Assembly (NCBI GenBank): GCA_031385045.1
Contig: JANNBC010000010.1
Span: 43,293-107,292 of the forward strand
Source: a bacterium
GTDB lineage: Bacteria > Bdellovibrionota_C > UBA2361 > CALJRW01
DNA length: 64,000 nt
Direction of reading: 5' to 3'
Translations under genes and position numbers: made by a program
The notes under the pieces: generated by a model
What the model saw: only the letters and a program-made list of their open reading frames with translations
Told to the model about the DNA's origin: nothing
Databases searched by the model: none
Shown here: piece after piece, positions 38,481-47,908 of the stretch
Layout of the letters: the number at the start of each line of letters is the position of its first letter
Numbering within the stretch: position 1 is the first letter of the stretch

Positions 38481-39239
38481 ATGCTTAATAAAGACAAAAT
38501 CTCCGAAAGAAGGGCTAATTTACGAGAGGCTTTTCACCAAAGACGCTTTTTATTGCCTAATCTAGTGACTCTTGGGAATCTTTTTTGTGGATTCTTGTCT
38601 ATTATATACGCCAGTAGTGGTCGGTATGAAAAAGCTGTTTTGGCAATTTTTGTTGGTGCTCTGCTAGATGCCCTTGATGGTCGAGTAGCTAGAAGATTTG
38701 ATGCCTCCTCCAAGTTCGGTTTGGAATTTGATTCTTTATCAGATTTAGTAACCTTTGGAGTTGCTCCAGCCTTCTTGATGTATCAGTGGTGCTTTAAAAC
38801 TGGTGCCGATGAATTTGGAGTTATTGTTTGTTTTATTTATGTCATTTGCGCTGCTGCGCGCTTGGCTAGGTTTAACGTTGTTGATAGTGGCAGTAAGGAT
38901 TTTACTGGAATGCCCTCTCCCGCAGCCGCGGCGATGATCGTCTCAGTAGTTAATTTATTTCCAAGTATTGCCTTGCCGACTTTTTCTGTAGCTTTAGGAA
39001 GTGCCTATATTTTAATTGTTGCCTATCTGATGGTTTGTCATATCCCATATTCTAGTGGCAAGAAATTTAAGTTTAAAAACCAGCTTAGTTTTGTAATCTT
39101 AGTTGGAGCCTTAATCGCGATGCTTTGGTATGAGCCCCGTTTAACAGTATTTCTTCTAGCTTTAACTTACTGTTTAAGTGGACCAGTTAAATTACTTCCT
39201 TTTTTTAGCAAGAAGCAAGCTCCAGCTACTCCTATCTAG
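38481..39239 (+). CDS. pssA: CDP-diacylglycerol--serine O-phosphatidyltransferase
   Basis: LPNLVTLGN, DALDGRVAR....S.FG.EFDSLSDLVTFGVAPA, RLARFN, F.GMPSP. Confidence 0.93.
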   Translation: MLNKDKISERRANLREAFHQRRFLLPNLVTLGNLFCGFLSIIYASSGRYEKAVLAIFVGALLDALDGRVARRFDASSKFGLEFDSLSDLVTFGVAPAFLMYQWCFKTGADEFGVIVCFIYVICAAARLARFNVVDSGSKDFTGMPSPAAAAMIVSVVNLFPSIALPTFSVALGSAYILIVAYLMVCHIPYSSGKKFKFKNQLSFVILVGALIAMLWYEPRLTVFLLALTYCLSGPVKLLPFFSKKQAPATPI

Positions 39240-39871
39240 TGTGTAGCTTTGCGGTAATATTTAACTTCAGCTGGCATTAGATTTAACCAGATATTTTTTT
39301 TGCTGGTGCGATTGAAGTAATGTTGATTATCTAAAAATTTCACTAATTCTCTACGACGAGTTTGTTCTTTTAGCGGCAGGATTTGTCCTAGTTCTTTGCA
39401 CCCCCAGTATGAAAAATAGCTTAATTTAGCCTCTTCCTTAGAGAGTTGATGAAACTTCTTGAAAATATCTTCGGCAAGTTCTGCTGGAAAGTTTAAGAAC
39501 GGTATTGAGCAAACAATAAAATCATAATAGTTTTCCTTCTCAATATCTTGAACTGGGCCTTCAAAGATTTCGATGTTTTTGCGGTTTATAAGGTAATTTT
39601 CATCAGTTTCTAGGTATTTGCGTAAAATATCGCAAAGCATTGGATTCATCTCGCAGAGTGTTAGATGATCTTGCGGGCGAAGTTTTTTAAGGATTTGTTT
39701 AGTAATTGGGCCAGTGCCGGCGCCTGCTTCCAAGATTTTTACAGGTCTGTTATCGTGTGCAGTAATGATTTCAGTTAGAGCTTTTGATAAAAAGCTGGAG
39801 CTGGGCATTAAGGTTCCTGTGGCCGCAAAATCTTTGGCCATAGACTTCATTAGCGCAAATTGTTTTTCCAT
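39236..39871 (-). CDS. Phospholipid N-methyltransferase (PmtA-like)
   Basis: TG...PSS.FL, LEAGAGTG.IT, CEMN, IVCSIPFLNFP and W.N..PA motifs. Confidence 0.75.
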   Translation of the reverse strand: MEKQFALMKSMAKDFAATGTLMPSSSFLSKALTEIITAHDNRPVKILEAGAGTGPITKQILKKLRPQDHLTLCEMNPMLCDILRKYLETDENYLINRKNIEIFEGPVQDIEKENYYDFIVCSIPFLNFPAELAEDIFKKFHQLSKEEAKLSYFSYWGCKELGQILPLKEQTRRRELVKFLDNQHYFNRTSKKNIWLNLMPAEVKYYRKATH

Positions 39872-39886
39872 ATTTAATTACAGATT

Positions 39887-41308
39887 ATGTTGTATAATTT
39901 TTTAGACACTAACCTTACTTTAGATTTTTCAAAATCTCAATTTTCCAGCTATTTAGCAAATTGCCCTAAAACTCTCTGGATCAAGGCTCTAGCAGATCTG
40001 AGGTTATTAGAAGCTGGTGAGCTTGTAAATCGCAGTGAAGGACGGATGGTTGGTCATTATTGGCTTCGTGATTCAGCGCTCAGTCCAAGTCCTGAAATTA
40101 AGCAAGAAATCGATAGCTTAATTGTCGAAGTTTCTGAATTTGTTCAGAAAATTGATGCTGGTAAAATCCTGAGTTCGGCCGGAAAAGCTTTTGAGAAGAT
40201 TCTATTAGTTGGGATCGGAGGCTCAGCACTAGGACCGCAATTTATTGCTAGAGCTTTGCAGTATAAGTCCAAGCGTCAGTTATTCTTTTTTGATAATACG
40301 GATCCTGAAGGATTTGAAGATACGTTAAATGTTATTGGAGATTTAAGTACGACATTAGTCTTAGTTGTGACTAAGTCAGGTGGTACACCAGAAACTGCTA
40401 ATGGTTGTAGGGTTGCCGAGTATGCTTTTCAGGAACAAGGTTTAGCTTTTGCACCCAATGCTGTTGCCGTGACTATGCCAAATAGTAAGTTAGAAAACAT
40501 TGCTAAAGATCAAAATTGGTTAAAGGTAGTACATTTATCTGATTGGGTTGGTGGAAGAACTAGTATCTGGTCGGCTGTTGGTCTCTTGCCATTTGCATTA
40601 TTAGGCTTTGATTTAAAGCAATTTTTAACAGGTGCTAAGGATATGGATTTGCTTGGTAGATCTGAGCAGATTGAATTTAATCCTTCTCTATTACTAGCCA
40701 CGTATTGGTTGCAAGAGGCGCAAGGTAAGGGTGCTAAGTCTTTGGTAGTCTTGCCCTACTCAGATCGCTTAGAGTTATTTAGTAAATACTTGCAACAGTT
40801 AATCATGGAAAGCTTAGGCAAGGAACACAATCTTAGTGGTCAAGTTGTTAATCAAGGATTAACTGTTTTTGGAAATAAAGGTTCCACAGATCAACATTCT
40901 TACGTTCAGCAACTTCGCAGTGGTACTAATAATTTCTTTGCGATCTTTATTAAACCAATTAAAGTTAATTCTAAGTATAACCTCAAGATTGGTGATAATC
41001 ATATTAGTGATTATTTAAGTGGTTTTTTGCTTGGAACTCGCCAAGCACTTTTTGAAAATGGACGTAATAGCTTAACAATCACAATTCCAGAAGTGAATGA
41101 ATATTACTTAGGATCTTTAGTTGCCTTGTTTGAAAGAGCAGTTAGTTTTTATGCTAGCTTTGTTGATGTTAATGCTTACGATCAGCCAGGAGTTGAAGCT
41201 GGTAAGAAGGCCGCGGATTATTATTTAAAAATGTTTAGTTCCACTGGTACTTTATCTGAAAGTTTAGACGCTGGGGATTTAAATTTAATTCCAAAGCTTA
41301 AGCATTAG
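39887..41308 (+). CDS. pgi: Glucose-6-phosphate isomerase
   Basis: GIGGSALGP, KSGGT.ET, VGGRTS, QQL.MESLGK, DQHSY.Q, NAYDQPGVEAGK. Confidence 0.95.
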   Translation: MLYNFLDTNLTLDFSKSQFSSYLANCPKTLWIKALADLRLLEAGELVNRSEGRMVGHYWLRDSALSPSPEIKQEIDSLIVEVSEFVQKIDAGKILSSAGKAFEKILLVGIGGSALGPQFIARALQYKSKRQLFFFDNTDPEGFEDTLNVIGDLSTTLVLVVTKSGGTPETANGCRVAEYAFQEQGLAFAPNAVAVTMPNSKLENIAKDQNWLKVVHLSDWVGGRTSIWSAVGLLPFALLGFDLKQFLTGAKDMDLLGRSEQIEFNPSLLLATYWLQEAQGKGAKSLVVLPYSDRLELFSKYLQQLIMESLGKEHNLSGQVVNQGLTVFGNKGSTDQHSYVQQLRSGTNNFFAIFIKPIKVNSKYNLKIGDNHISDYLSGFLLGTRQALFENGRNSLTITIPEVNEYYLGSLVALFERAVSFYASFVDVNAYDQPGVEAGKKAADYYLKMFSSTGTLSESLDAGDLNLIPKLKH

Positions 41309-41355
41309 TTTTTTTGGGGAATTAATATTGCTTGCTAGGGAGCAAGGTGATGTGA

Positions 41356-42876
41356 TTAGGGAGTTTTTAGCTTAAATACTTTGGTGTCGCCTTGGCTATA
41401 AATTTCCTGATAGCTTGCTTGGAGTAGTTTGGGAGAGGCGATTACTTTTGCGGAACGTTGATTAATTATTAGTAGTGGAACGCCAGCCTTAACTTTCTGT
41501 TTAAGGCTTCTCATGCTTGTGACATGAAAATTCTCTTGTTCTGTAATACTTAGTTTTTGTCCAATATTTAAACCAAAGTTATTAACGATCTCTGGCACAA
41601 AGCTTGCTTGCGAATTAAATAAATATCCCGGCCAAATTGCCACTAATTCTTTTTTTTCTGGATTTAACTTAGCTAGTTCTAGCGCTAAAGCATCGAGCTC
41701 AAAAATACTATGAGGAGGAACAAGGGCGGTGCCTTTGTAGCCTTGGTTTGTTTTTGATGCTTGCTCGGTAAATGAGCGGAGATCGCTTGAAAATCCCCAA
41801 CCATAGGTGAATGTAATGATTAATAATCCAAGTAAGTATAATTGCTTGCCAAAGCCTCTAGTTAAAAGGGGATTGATTAGTAGAATGATATTTGTAATTA
41901 AGAAGGGAATTAAAATTGAAAAGTATTGTACCTGACTGGGAGTAGGGACAAAACTGATTAGTAATAATGCTCCAATAAATAATAAAGACCAATCAAAGCG
42001 GAGACGTTTAATGGAAGTTAATATCGCAGAGATGATTGCTGTCCAAATAAGGAGTGGAATTTGCAAGCTTGCAAATTTAATTGCGGCTCTAAGGCCTAAT
42101 AGTCCCTGAAGAATTAATTTTTTTTGCTCTAATGCTTCTGCAATTGACCAGTTAGATCTTAAGAGATGATAACCTAAGTTGTTAAACCAAAATTTTTCTG
42201 GATTAAGACAACAAAGAACTAACATTGGTGACCCGCCAACTAGTCCCCCAAAAATAAAAGGTAGTAATAGTCTCCGGTTTTTAAAGAATATAATTAGAAC
42301 ACAAGCCGGAGCTAATATTGCCACATAAGAGCGACAGCCAATTGCCGAGGCTAGAAAGATCCCCGCTAAAAATCCACGTAAGCGATTTGGAGTGACGGCA
42401 ATTAAATAGTAACTCGTATAAAGCAACACTGCGGTTAGTCCATAGTTTTTAATTGGCAAGAACCAGTTAAGAGCTAGGGCGGAGGTATTAAATAAGATTA
42501 ATCCAGTAAGGGCTGAAAAAGTTCTACAGTTATTTCGTAAACGTGCAAAAATTAACAATCCAATTAATGAAAATAAAAGTGAAGTAAAGATTCGAGCGCT
42601 AAGCCAACTGGCACCAAAGATTTTAAACCAACTGGCAATGATATAAGGCTGATAGGGTGCTTGTGGGTAAAAGAAATCTAAGTAAGGAACTTTGCCCTGG
42701 GATACTAGTTCTGCTGCTAATAAATAGAACCCTTCATCTGGTGCAACGTAGCGAGCTGTGCCGAGAGTGCTGATCCATAAAAACTGTGTGATAAGTAATA
42801 ATGGATAAATTAAACTGTTTTTTGTCCAGACAGAGTTAGAGCAGTAGGAGTCATGTCTTATCACTTTGGAATTCAT
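41356..42876 (-). CDS. ArnT/PMT-like GT-C glycosyltransferase
   Basis: DEGFY after TM1, G..PY.DF...Q.P, about 11 TMs. Confidence 0.8.
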   Translation of the reverse strand: MNSKVIRHDSYCSNSVWTKNSLIYPLLLITQFLWISTLGTARYVAPDEGFYLLAAELVSQGKVPYLDFFYPQAPYQPYIIASWFKIFGASWLSARIFTSLLFSLIGLLIFARLRNNCRTFSALTGLILFNTSALALNWFLPIKNYGLTAVLLYTSYYLIAVTPNRLRGFLAGIFLASAIGCRSYVAILAPACVLIIFFKNRRLLLPFIFGGLVGGSPMLVLCCLNPEKFWFNNLGYHLLRSNWSIAEALEQKKLILQGLLGLRAAIKFASLQIPLLIWTAIISAILTSIKRLRFDWSLLFIGALLLISFVPTPSQVQYFSILIPFLITNIILLINPLLTRGFGKQLYLLGLLIITFTYGWGFSSDLRSFTEQASKTNQGYKGTALVPPHSIFELDALALELAKLNPEKKELVAIWPGYLFNSQASFVPEIVNNFGLNIGQKLSITEQENFHVTSMRSLKQKVKAGVPLLIINQRSAKVIASPKLLQASYQEIYSQGDTKVFKLKTP

Positions 42877-43116
42877 CAGACTGATTGTTGGCTATATTTG
42901 AGTTAAGTGGTTTTCTTACTTGTAAGTCAAGGGGGATTAGAGCACTTCAAGCTAAACTTTTCAACTAAAGCTTTATTGATTGGAATAATAATTTTAATTA
43001 TTTCAGTGCGTTAAGGAAAGTTCTTGGAGAGTTACTTGGCCTCTAAAGATTAGACACATTTTAGAATTTGTGATTTCATATCGTCAGATTAATCAAACTC
43101 TTTTCGTAGTACTTCC

Positions 43117-44472
43117 ATGACAAAAAAAATAATCCTCATTTCAATCTTTATTCTGCTAGTTGCGGGGGTATCCTTTTATCTGATGGGTGCTAATAAGAAT
43201 CTGACAGTTAGTCCAGTTGCTGCAAGCTCCGAGTCTGATTTTGTTCTACCAGCAACAGATAATATCGTCTTCTTAGTGATAGATACTTTGCGGGCGGATC
43301 ACTTACCTTTTTATGGTTATAATGTTGATACAGCTCCATTTTTATCGGAGTTAGCCGCAAAATCAATTGTATTTGAAAATGCCTTTTCTGCTAGCTCCAC
43401 CACAGCTCCTTCCATGGCCTCAGTTTTTACTTCTGTCTATCCGTCTCAACATGGAGTGTTGATGGGGATGCAAGCAACCAAGCGTTTGAAGCAACAGTTA
43501 GATGAGCCGTATCAGGATCTTTCGATTAATAAAATTCCAGCAGAGTTATTAACCTTAGGTGAGATGATGAAGCAGTCTGGATTTAAGACTTATGGTGTTG
43601 CTGATAATTTAAATATTGATCATCAAATTGGCTATATCGAAGGCTTTGATAAATTTAAAACTTTTCAATACGAGGGAGCTGCCAATTTAAATAATGTTGC
43701 CATGGAATATTATCCCGATCTACAAAATTCCAAACATTTTTTATACTTGCACTATATGGATCCGCATATTCCATATCATCAGCGCGAGCCTTGGTTTGAT
43801 AAAAATCACCCCAATCCTAAAATTGCTGCCTATGATAGTGAAATCCGTTATGCCGATGAGCATATTAAAAAAATCTTTGAGCAGTACAATGTTTTAGAAA
43901 ACTCCTTAGTAGTTTTTCTATCTGATCATGGTGAAGAGCTGGGAGATCATGGTGATTATGGTCATGGTAGAAATCTTTATCCAGAAGTTATTCGCGTTCC
44001 CTTATTTGTTTATCATCGCAACTTAAAACCAGCGCGAGTTAAACAGCCAGTGTCAACAATTGATGTTTTACCGACCTTAGCTAAGGTTACTAAAATGGAA
44101 GCACAGCCTTATTGGGAAGGGGAATCACTAACCACCTATTTTAATGATCATGATTTTGTTAAGCCCCGCACGACATTCTCCCAATTATTAGGCCCTAAAG
44201 AGTATGTGCGAGAATTGTTTATGGCAGCGCATGATCAAGATCATTGGTTATACATTGACGCAATTAGTCAGGAGCGCAAAGAGTTATTTCATCTTTCCGA
44301 AGATCCACTTGCTTTGGAAGATTTATTATTAGCTTATCCTAATAAATCAACTGAGCTTTCTTCGGAGCTTGAGGTTCTCTCCAAGAAGAGCCCAATCAGC
44401 GCACCAGAAAAAGTCGATATTAAGATGAATAAAAAGACAGTCAATAAATTAAAAACTTTAGGATATTTCTAA
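43117..44472 (+). CDS. Sulfatase-like AlkP-superfamily protein (Thr nucleophile), N-terminal anchor, LGY tail
   Basis: IDTLRADH, STTAPSM, HYMDPH.PY, SDHGE; ends KLKTLGYF. Confidence 0.88.
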   Translation: MTKKIILISIFILLVAGVSFYLMGANKNLTVSPVAASSESDFVLPATDNIVFLVIDTLRADHLPFYGYNVDTAPFLSELAAKSIVFENAFSASSTTAPSMASVFTSVYPSQHGVLMGMQATKRLKQQLDEPYQDLSINKIPAELLTLGEMMKQSGFKTYGVADNLNIDHQIGYIEGFDKFKTFQYEGAANLNNVAMEYYPDLQNSKHFLYLHYMDPHIPYHQREPWFDKNHPNPKIAAYDSEIRYADEHIKKIFEQYNVLENSLVVFLSDHGEELGDHGDYGHGRNLYPEVIRVPLFVYHRNLKPARVKQPVSTIDVLPTLAKVTKMEAQPYWEGESLTTYFNDHDFVKPRTTFSQLLGPKEYVRELFMAAHDQDHWLYIDAISQERKELFHLSEDPLALEDLLLAYPNKSTELSSELEVLSKKSPISAPEKVDIKMNKKTVNKLKTLGYF

Positions 44473-44494
44473 TCATTAGTTTAAAAAAGTTTTT

Positions 44495-45889
44495 TTACTG
44501 AAAGCCTGTATAAAAAGAGGCTCTAGAAATCCGATTATTAGGAAGCTTTTCCGAGGTGTTACAAATACCATTAAAGATTTTAGGATTGCCATAGATCCAG
44601 ATACTCTTTTCATTATAGACAATGACTTCTTCTCGACAGTCTCCTAGAATATCAAAGTGTTGAGTGTAGTGTTCATCGTAACGGCGACTTGGTAGTCTTG
44701 CTGGAGGGAAAGGAAATTTAGCGATTAGTTTTCCTCTCGCGTTATAAAGAGCAGGGTCAGTGACATCTGTTCTAGAGACCAACAAGAAGCTCTGATCTTT
44801 AGCACCATTCCAGCCATCAACAGTATTAATCATTGTTAGAAAGCCAAAGGGCTCACTCTTCCAGAGTTTATGATTATCAGCATCAATGATCTTAACGATG
44901 CCTAATCTATTACGATCGACATAGGCAACTTCTTGTTCTGGCTTACCTTGAAAGTGTCCAAAGGTAGTGTGTTGGGCATGACGCATTTTAAAAGTTTGTA
45001 AGATTTCACCGTCAGGATTTAGTAGGTAGCCATTGCCACTGGCAGCATAGGAAATTGTTTTTTGACCATCATTTTGCATGTCTCCAATATCGATCGCGTC
45101 ATTATGCATCGGAATTTCTGGATGACTCCAAACTAGCGGATTAGAAATATTGGTAAAATCAAACAGACTATATCCAATTAGTAATTCATCAATCCCATCA
45201 TTATTAAAATCATAGGCCATAGGAAAGTGACCAGTGTTTAATCCTGTAGAATATATTTTGGTAAATGTATGATCGTAAATTGAGAAAGAATAGTATCGTG
45301 ATTTAAGTAATAGTGCGGGATGATCGCTGCTAAGAAGATTCGCAATAAAAATCACATCCCTTTCGTTACTATCAACTTCAACTTGCTGTATGAGAGAGCC
45401 ATCAAGTCCATTTAGTAAATAAAGTTGATTCTGTTGTAAGATTAAGACTTCGCTCTTGCCATCACCATCCCAATCATAGATTTGCACACCAAGATCTCGT
45501 GGTGAGTGATATGCTCCAAGAATACTTTTCCCCCAGGTCCAAAGAATCTTGCCAGCTAGATCCATTGCTAGCACATGGGTGACATGCTGTCCGCCACGAT
45601 TTTGGGCAACAACGATCTCTGATTTGCCATCACCGGTTAGATCCCCAAAACGAATATTGCGACCAGCATACTTTGTTGGGATATTAATGCTTTTTAGTAG
45701 TTTTCCGTTTTGATTAAGGGTGTTTAGAATTCTTTGCTTTCTTGCTGTTCTTTTTAGCGGTTGGCTAGATTCTAATGGGCAGGCTTCGCTAAATTGTAGA
45801 ATTATTAAAACATTTAGTAATAGGAGAATGCGAGAAAAGATAGGGAGTGATACTCGCATGGAAAAATAGTGACTAAAAGGGCTGAGCAT
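44495..45889 (-). CDS. Secreted FG-GAP beta-propeller, rhamnogalacturonan lyase (PL11)-like
   Basis: Repeated DxDGDG-type Ca-binding motifs (GDLTGDG, YDWDGDG, YDFNNDG) and His motifs NTGH, HND, HAQH. Confidence 0.65.
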   Translation of the reverse strand: MLSPFSHYFSMRVSLPIFSRILLLLNVLIILQFSEACPLESSQPLKRTARKQRILNTLNQNGKLLKSINIPTKYAGRNIRFGDLTGDGKSEIVVAQNRGGQHVTHVLAMDLAGKILWTWGKSILGAYHSPRDLGVQIYDWDGDGKSEVLILQQNQLYLLNGLDGSLIQQVEVDSNERDVIFIANLLSSDHPALLLKSRYYSFSIYDHTFTKIYSTGLNTGHFPMAYDFNNDGIDELLIGYSLFDFTNISNPLVWSHPEIPMHNDAIDIGDMQNDGQKTISYAASGNGYLLNPDGEILQTFKMRHAQHTTFGHFQGKPEQEVAYVDRNRLGIVKIIDADNHKLWKSEPFGFLTMINTVDGWNGAKDQSFLLVSRTDVTDPALYNARGKLIAKFPFPPARLPSRRYDEHYTQHFDILGDCREEVIVYNEKSIWIYGNPKIFNGICNTSEKLPNNRISRASFYTGFQ

Positions 45890-45927
45890 CAGCCTACCAA
45901 ATTCTTTGAATTTATGTAAGATTACTA

Positions 45928-46140
45928 ACCTGAGTTTTGGATAAGAAAGCGTTATGAGAAAGTCGAAGTGCTTGAATTAATTGAAAAAAGAACCTTTTTT
46001 TAATTAATGTAAATTGCTAAGGAAAGAAAAATTTCTATTCGCAGCTGATGTAGCACATCAGCGAGACTGGAAATTTTTCTTTCCAACGCAATTTCAAGTA
46101 GTTAGACTTTCGTAATAGCTAGCTTATCCAAAACTCAGGT
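45928..46140. mobile_element. 213-bp MITE with perfect 18-bp terminal inverted repeats and a 5-bp target duplication
   Basis: ACCTGAGTTTTGGATAAG...CTTATCCAAAACTCAGGT, flanked by TACTA at 45923-45927 and 46141-46145. Confidence 0.85.
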
Positions 46141-46155
46141 TACTAAGTAAAATTT

Positions 46156-47904
46156 ATGCCCTATAATTCTAAATTACTCAACTCCTTAGCCTATTACCTG
46201 TTACTTGTTACGCTAGTTGCGCTAACTCTTTGGGAGTTAATTTCTAAACGCCTGGGGATAATTTTGGATCCTTATCAGGTGAGATCTGATGCACTGCAAC
46301 ACAATTTTCCCTATTGGTCTTATCTTAGCAAAGATTATTTTAATGATAACTATATTGCTGACTATTATTTAAACACCATGATTCCTCTGGGGTTAAAAAC
46401 ACTTTTTTCCAGCTTGGCTCATTTTTTTACACCGATTCAGATTGGAAAATACTTAGCCCTTACATTGGCTATAATTTTTATTATCTTGTTAACTGAGAGT
46501 GCCAAGCATTTGTCAGGTAAAGTTGCCGGCGCGTTAACGGCATTTTTTACAACAGCCTATCTGGCTAGACACTTTATTTTAGCTGATGCCATTTCCCGAT
46601 CATTTGGTTATGTAGTTGTAGCACTTGGCTTGTATGCGATTATTAAAAGACAGCCTTGGACTTTGATGATTGCTGCCTGCCTTGGGGCTCTTTTTTATCC
46701 TGCGGCAGGGGCAATTCTGGCCTGTTATTGTGGGCTAGTTGCTTTCTGGCCTAATACTATTCCTGGTTCGTTCGATGATACAAATCTTTCCCAGAAAATA
46801 TTTACTCTATTAGGTTTAGGAGTTGTCTTGCTTGTTTTATTAGTTCCGATGATTTTAGGAGGAGGGAAGTATGGGGAAAGACTTTATATTAAAAATCAGG
46901 TTGAATTCCCTGAAGCTGGACTTGGTGGAAGATACGCTTTGCAAGATCTGGGGATTAATAAATACCCCCTACCAATCGCGCTTTATCGATCGTTTAATAA
47001 AGTTTTTCTAAACAATAAAGATTTATTTCCTAGCTCAGCAGTTCTAGCTCCAGCTACTTTTAAAGTTAAGGAGAAGAAGAATCATAATTTAAATTCTGAT
47101 CGCCAATTAGTTTTTTGGACAATGATCGTGATTGTCTTTAGCGGTATTCTAGTTAATAGTTTCTATCGTAAAAGCAAAATAGATCCAAACTGGATTAGAG
47201 TTGGGCAATTTTTGTTTTCTGTTGTCGGGATTTACTATTTGGCAGTATTATTATTCCCTCATTTATATATGCCATCACGCTACCCCTTAATTAGTATACC
47301 AGCATTAGCATTAGTTGTAGTTCCAGCCGCGATAGTTAGTTTTATAAGGATTTTCAAGTCCCGAATTCTTGCTTCTGGAATCTTAGTTTTGCTTGTTGCC
47401 GTATTGATTCATTTATCTGGCATGTATCAGACAAGGCTTAGGGAGCAAATGTCTTATCGAACGAATGCACCAATCTATGACTTTTTGAAGAAGCTTCCTG
47501 CTACTACTTTAATTGCTGGTTGGCCAATTGGGATTATTGATTCAGTTCCCTACTTTTCTGGCCGGGGACCTTTTTTAACAATGGAAACTCATCAAGTTTT
47601 TCGTAGTAAATATTTACTAGAAATGAGAGCTAGGACTTATGCCATAATTGATGCCTATTTTGATAATTCGCTAGGTGCAATCTTGAATTTAAAAAACAAA
47701 TTTGGCGTGACGCATTTAATTTTAGAAAAACAATATTTTAAAAAAGCTCCTAAGTATTTTAAGCCTTTTGATAAATATATAAAATCAAAGCCTAACTTAA
47801 TTAGTAATCAGTGGACTCAGATTTATCAATCGCCAGAAGTGAAGTCAGCGATTGTCTTTAAGCATGGTTCCTATGTCGTAATCGATCTTAGTTTATTGAG
47901 TTAA
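46156..47904 (+). CDS. Polytopic membrane protein, probable GT-C-fold transferase
   Basis: DALQH loop after TM1, RSF and PSRY motifs, about 11 TMs, soluble C-terminal domain with GVTH. Confidence 0.6.
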   Translation: MPYNSKLLNSLAYYLLLVTLVALTLWELISKRLGIILDPYQVRSDALQHNFPYWSYLSKDYFNDNYIADYYLNTMIPLGLKTLFSSLAHFFTPIQIGKYLALTLAIIFIILLTESAKHLSGKVAGALTAFFTTAYLARHFILADAISRSFGYVVVALGLYAIIKRQPWTLMIAACLGALFYPAAGAILACYCGLVAFWPNTIPGSFDDTNLSQKIFTLLGLGVVLLVLLVPMILGGGKYGERLYIKNQVEFPEAGLGGRYALQDLGINKYPLPIALYRSFNKVFLNNKDLFPSSAVLAPATFKVKEKKNHNLNSDRQLVFWTMIVIVFSGILVNSFYRKSKIDPNWIRVGQFLFSVVGIYYLAVLLFPHLYMPSRYPLISIPALALVVVPAAIVSFIRIFKSRILASGILVLLVAVLIHLSGMYQTRLREQMSYRTNAPIYDFLKKLPATTLIAGWPIGIIDSVPYFSGRGPFLTMETHQVFRSKYLLEMRARTYAIIDAYFDNSLGAILNLKNKFGVTHLILEKQYFKKAPKYFKPFDKYIKSKPNLISNQWTQIYQSPEVKSAIVFKHGSYVVIDLSLLS

Positions 47905-47908
47905 GAGC

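Noticed and set aside
42936..43046. TTAGAG...CTCTAA-bounded segment as a MITE
   Set aside because: Only 6 bp of terminal match and no second copy in the window
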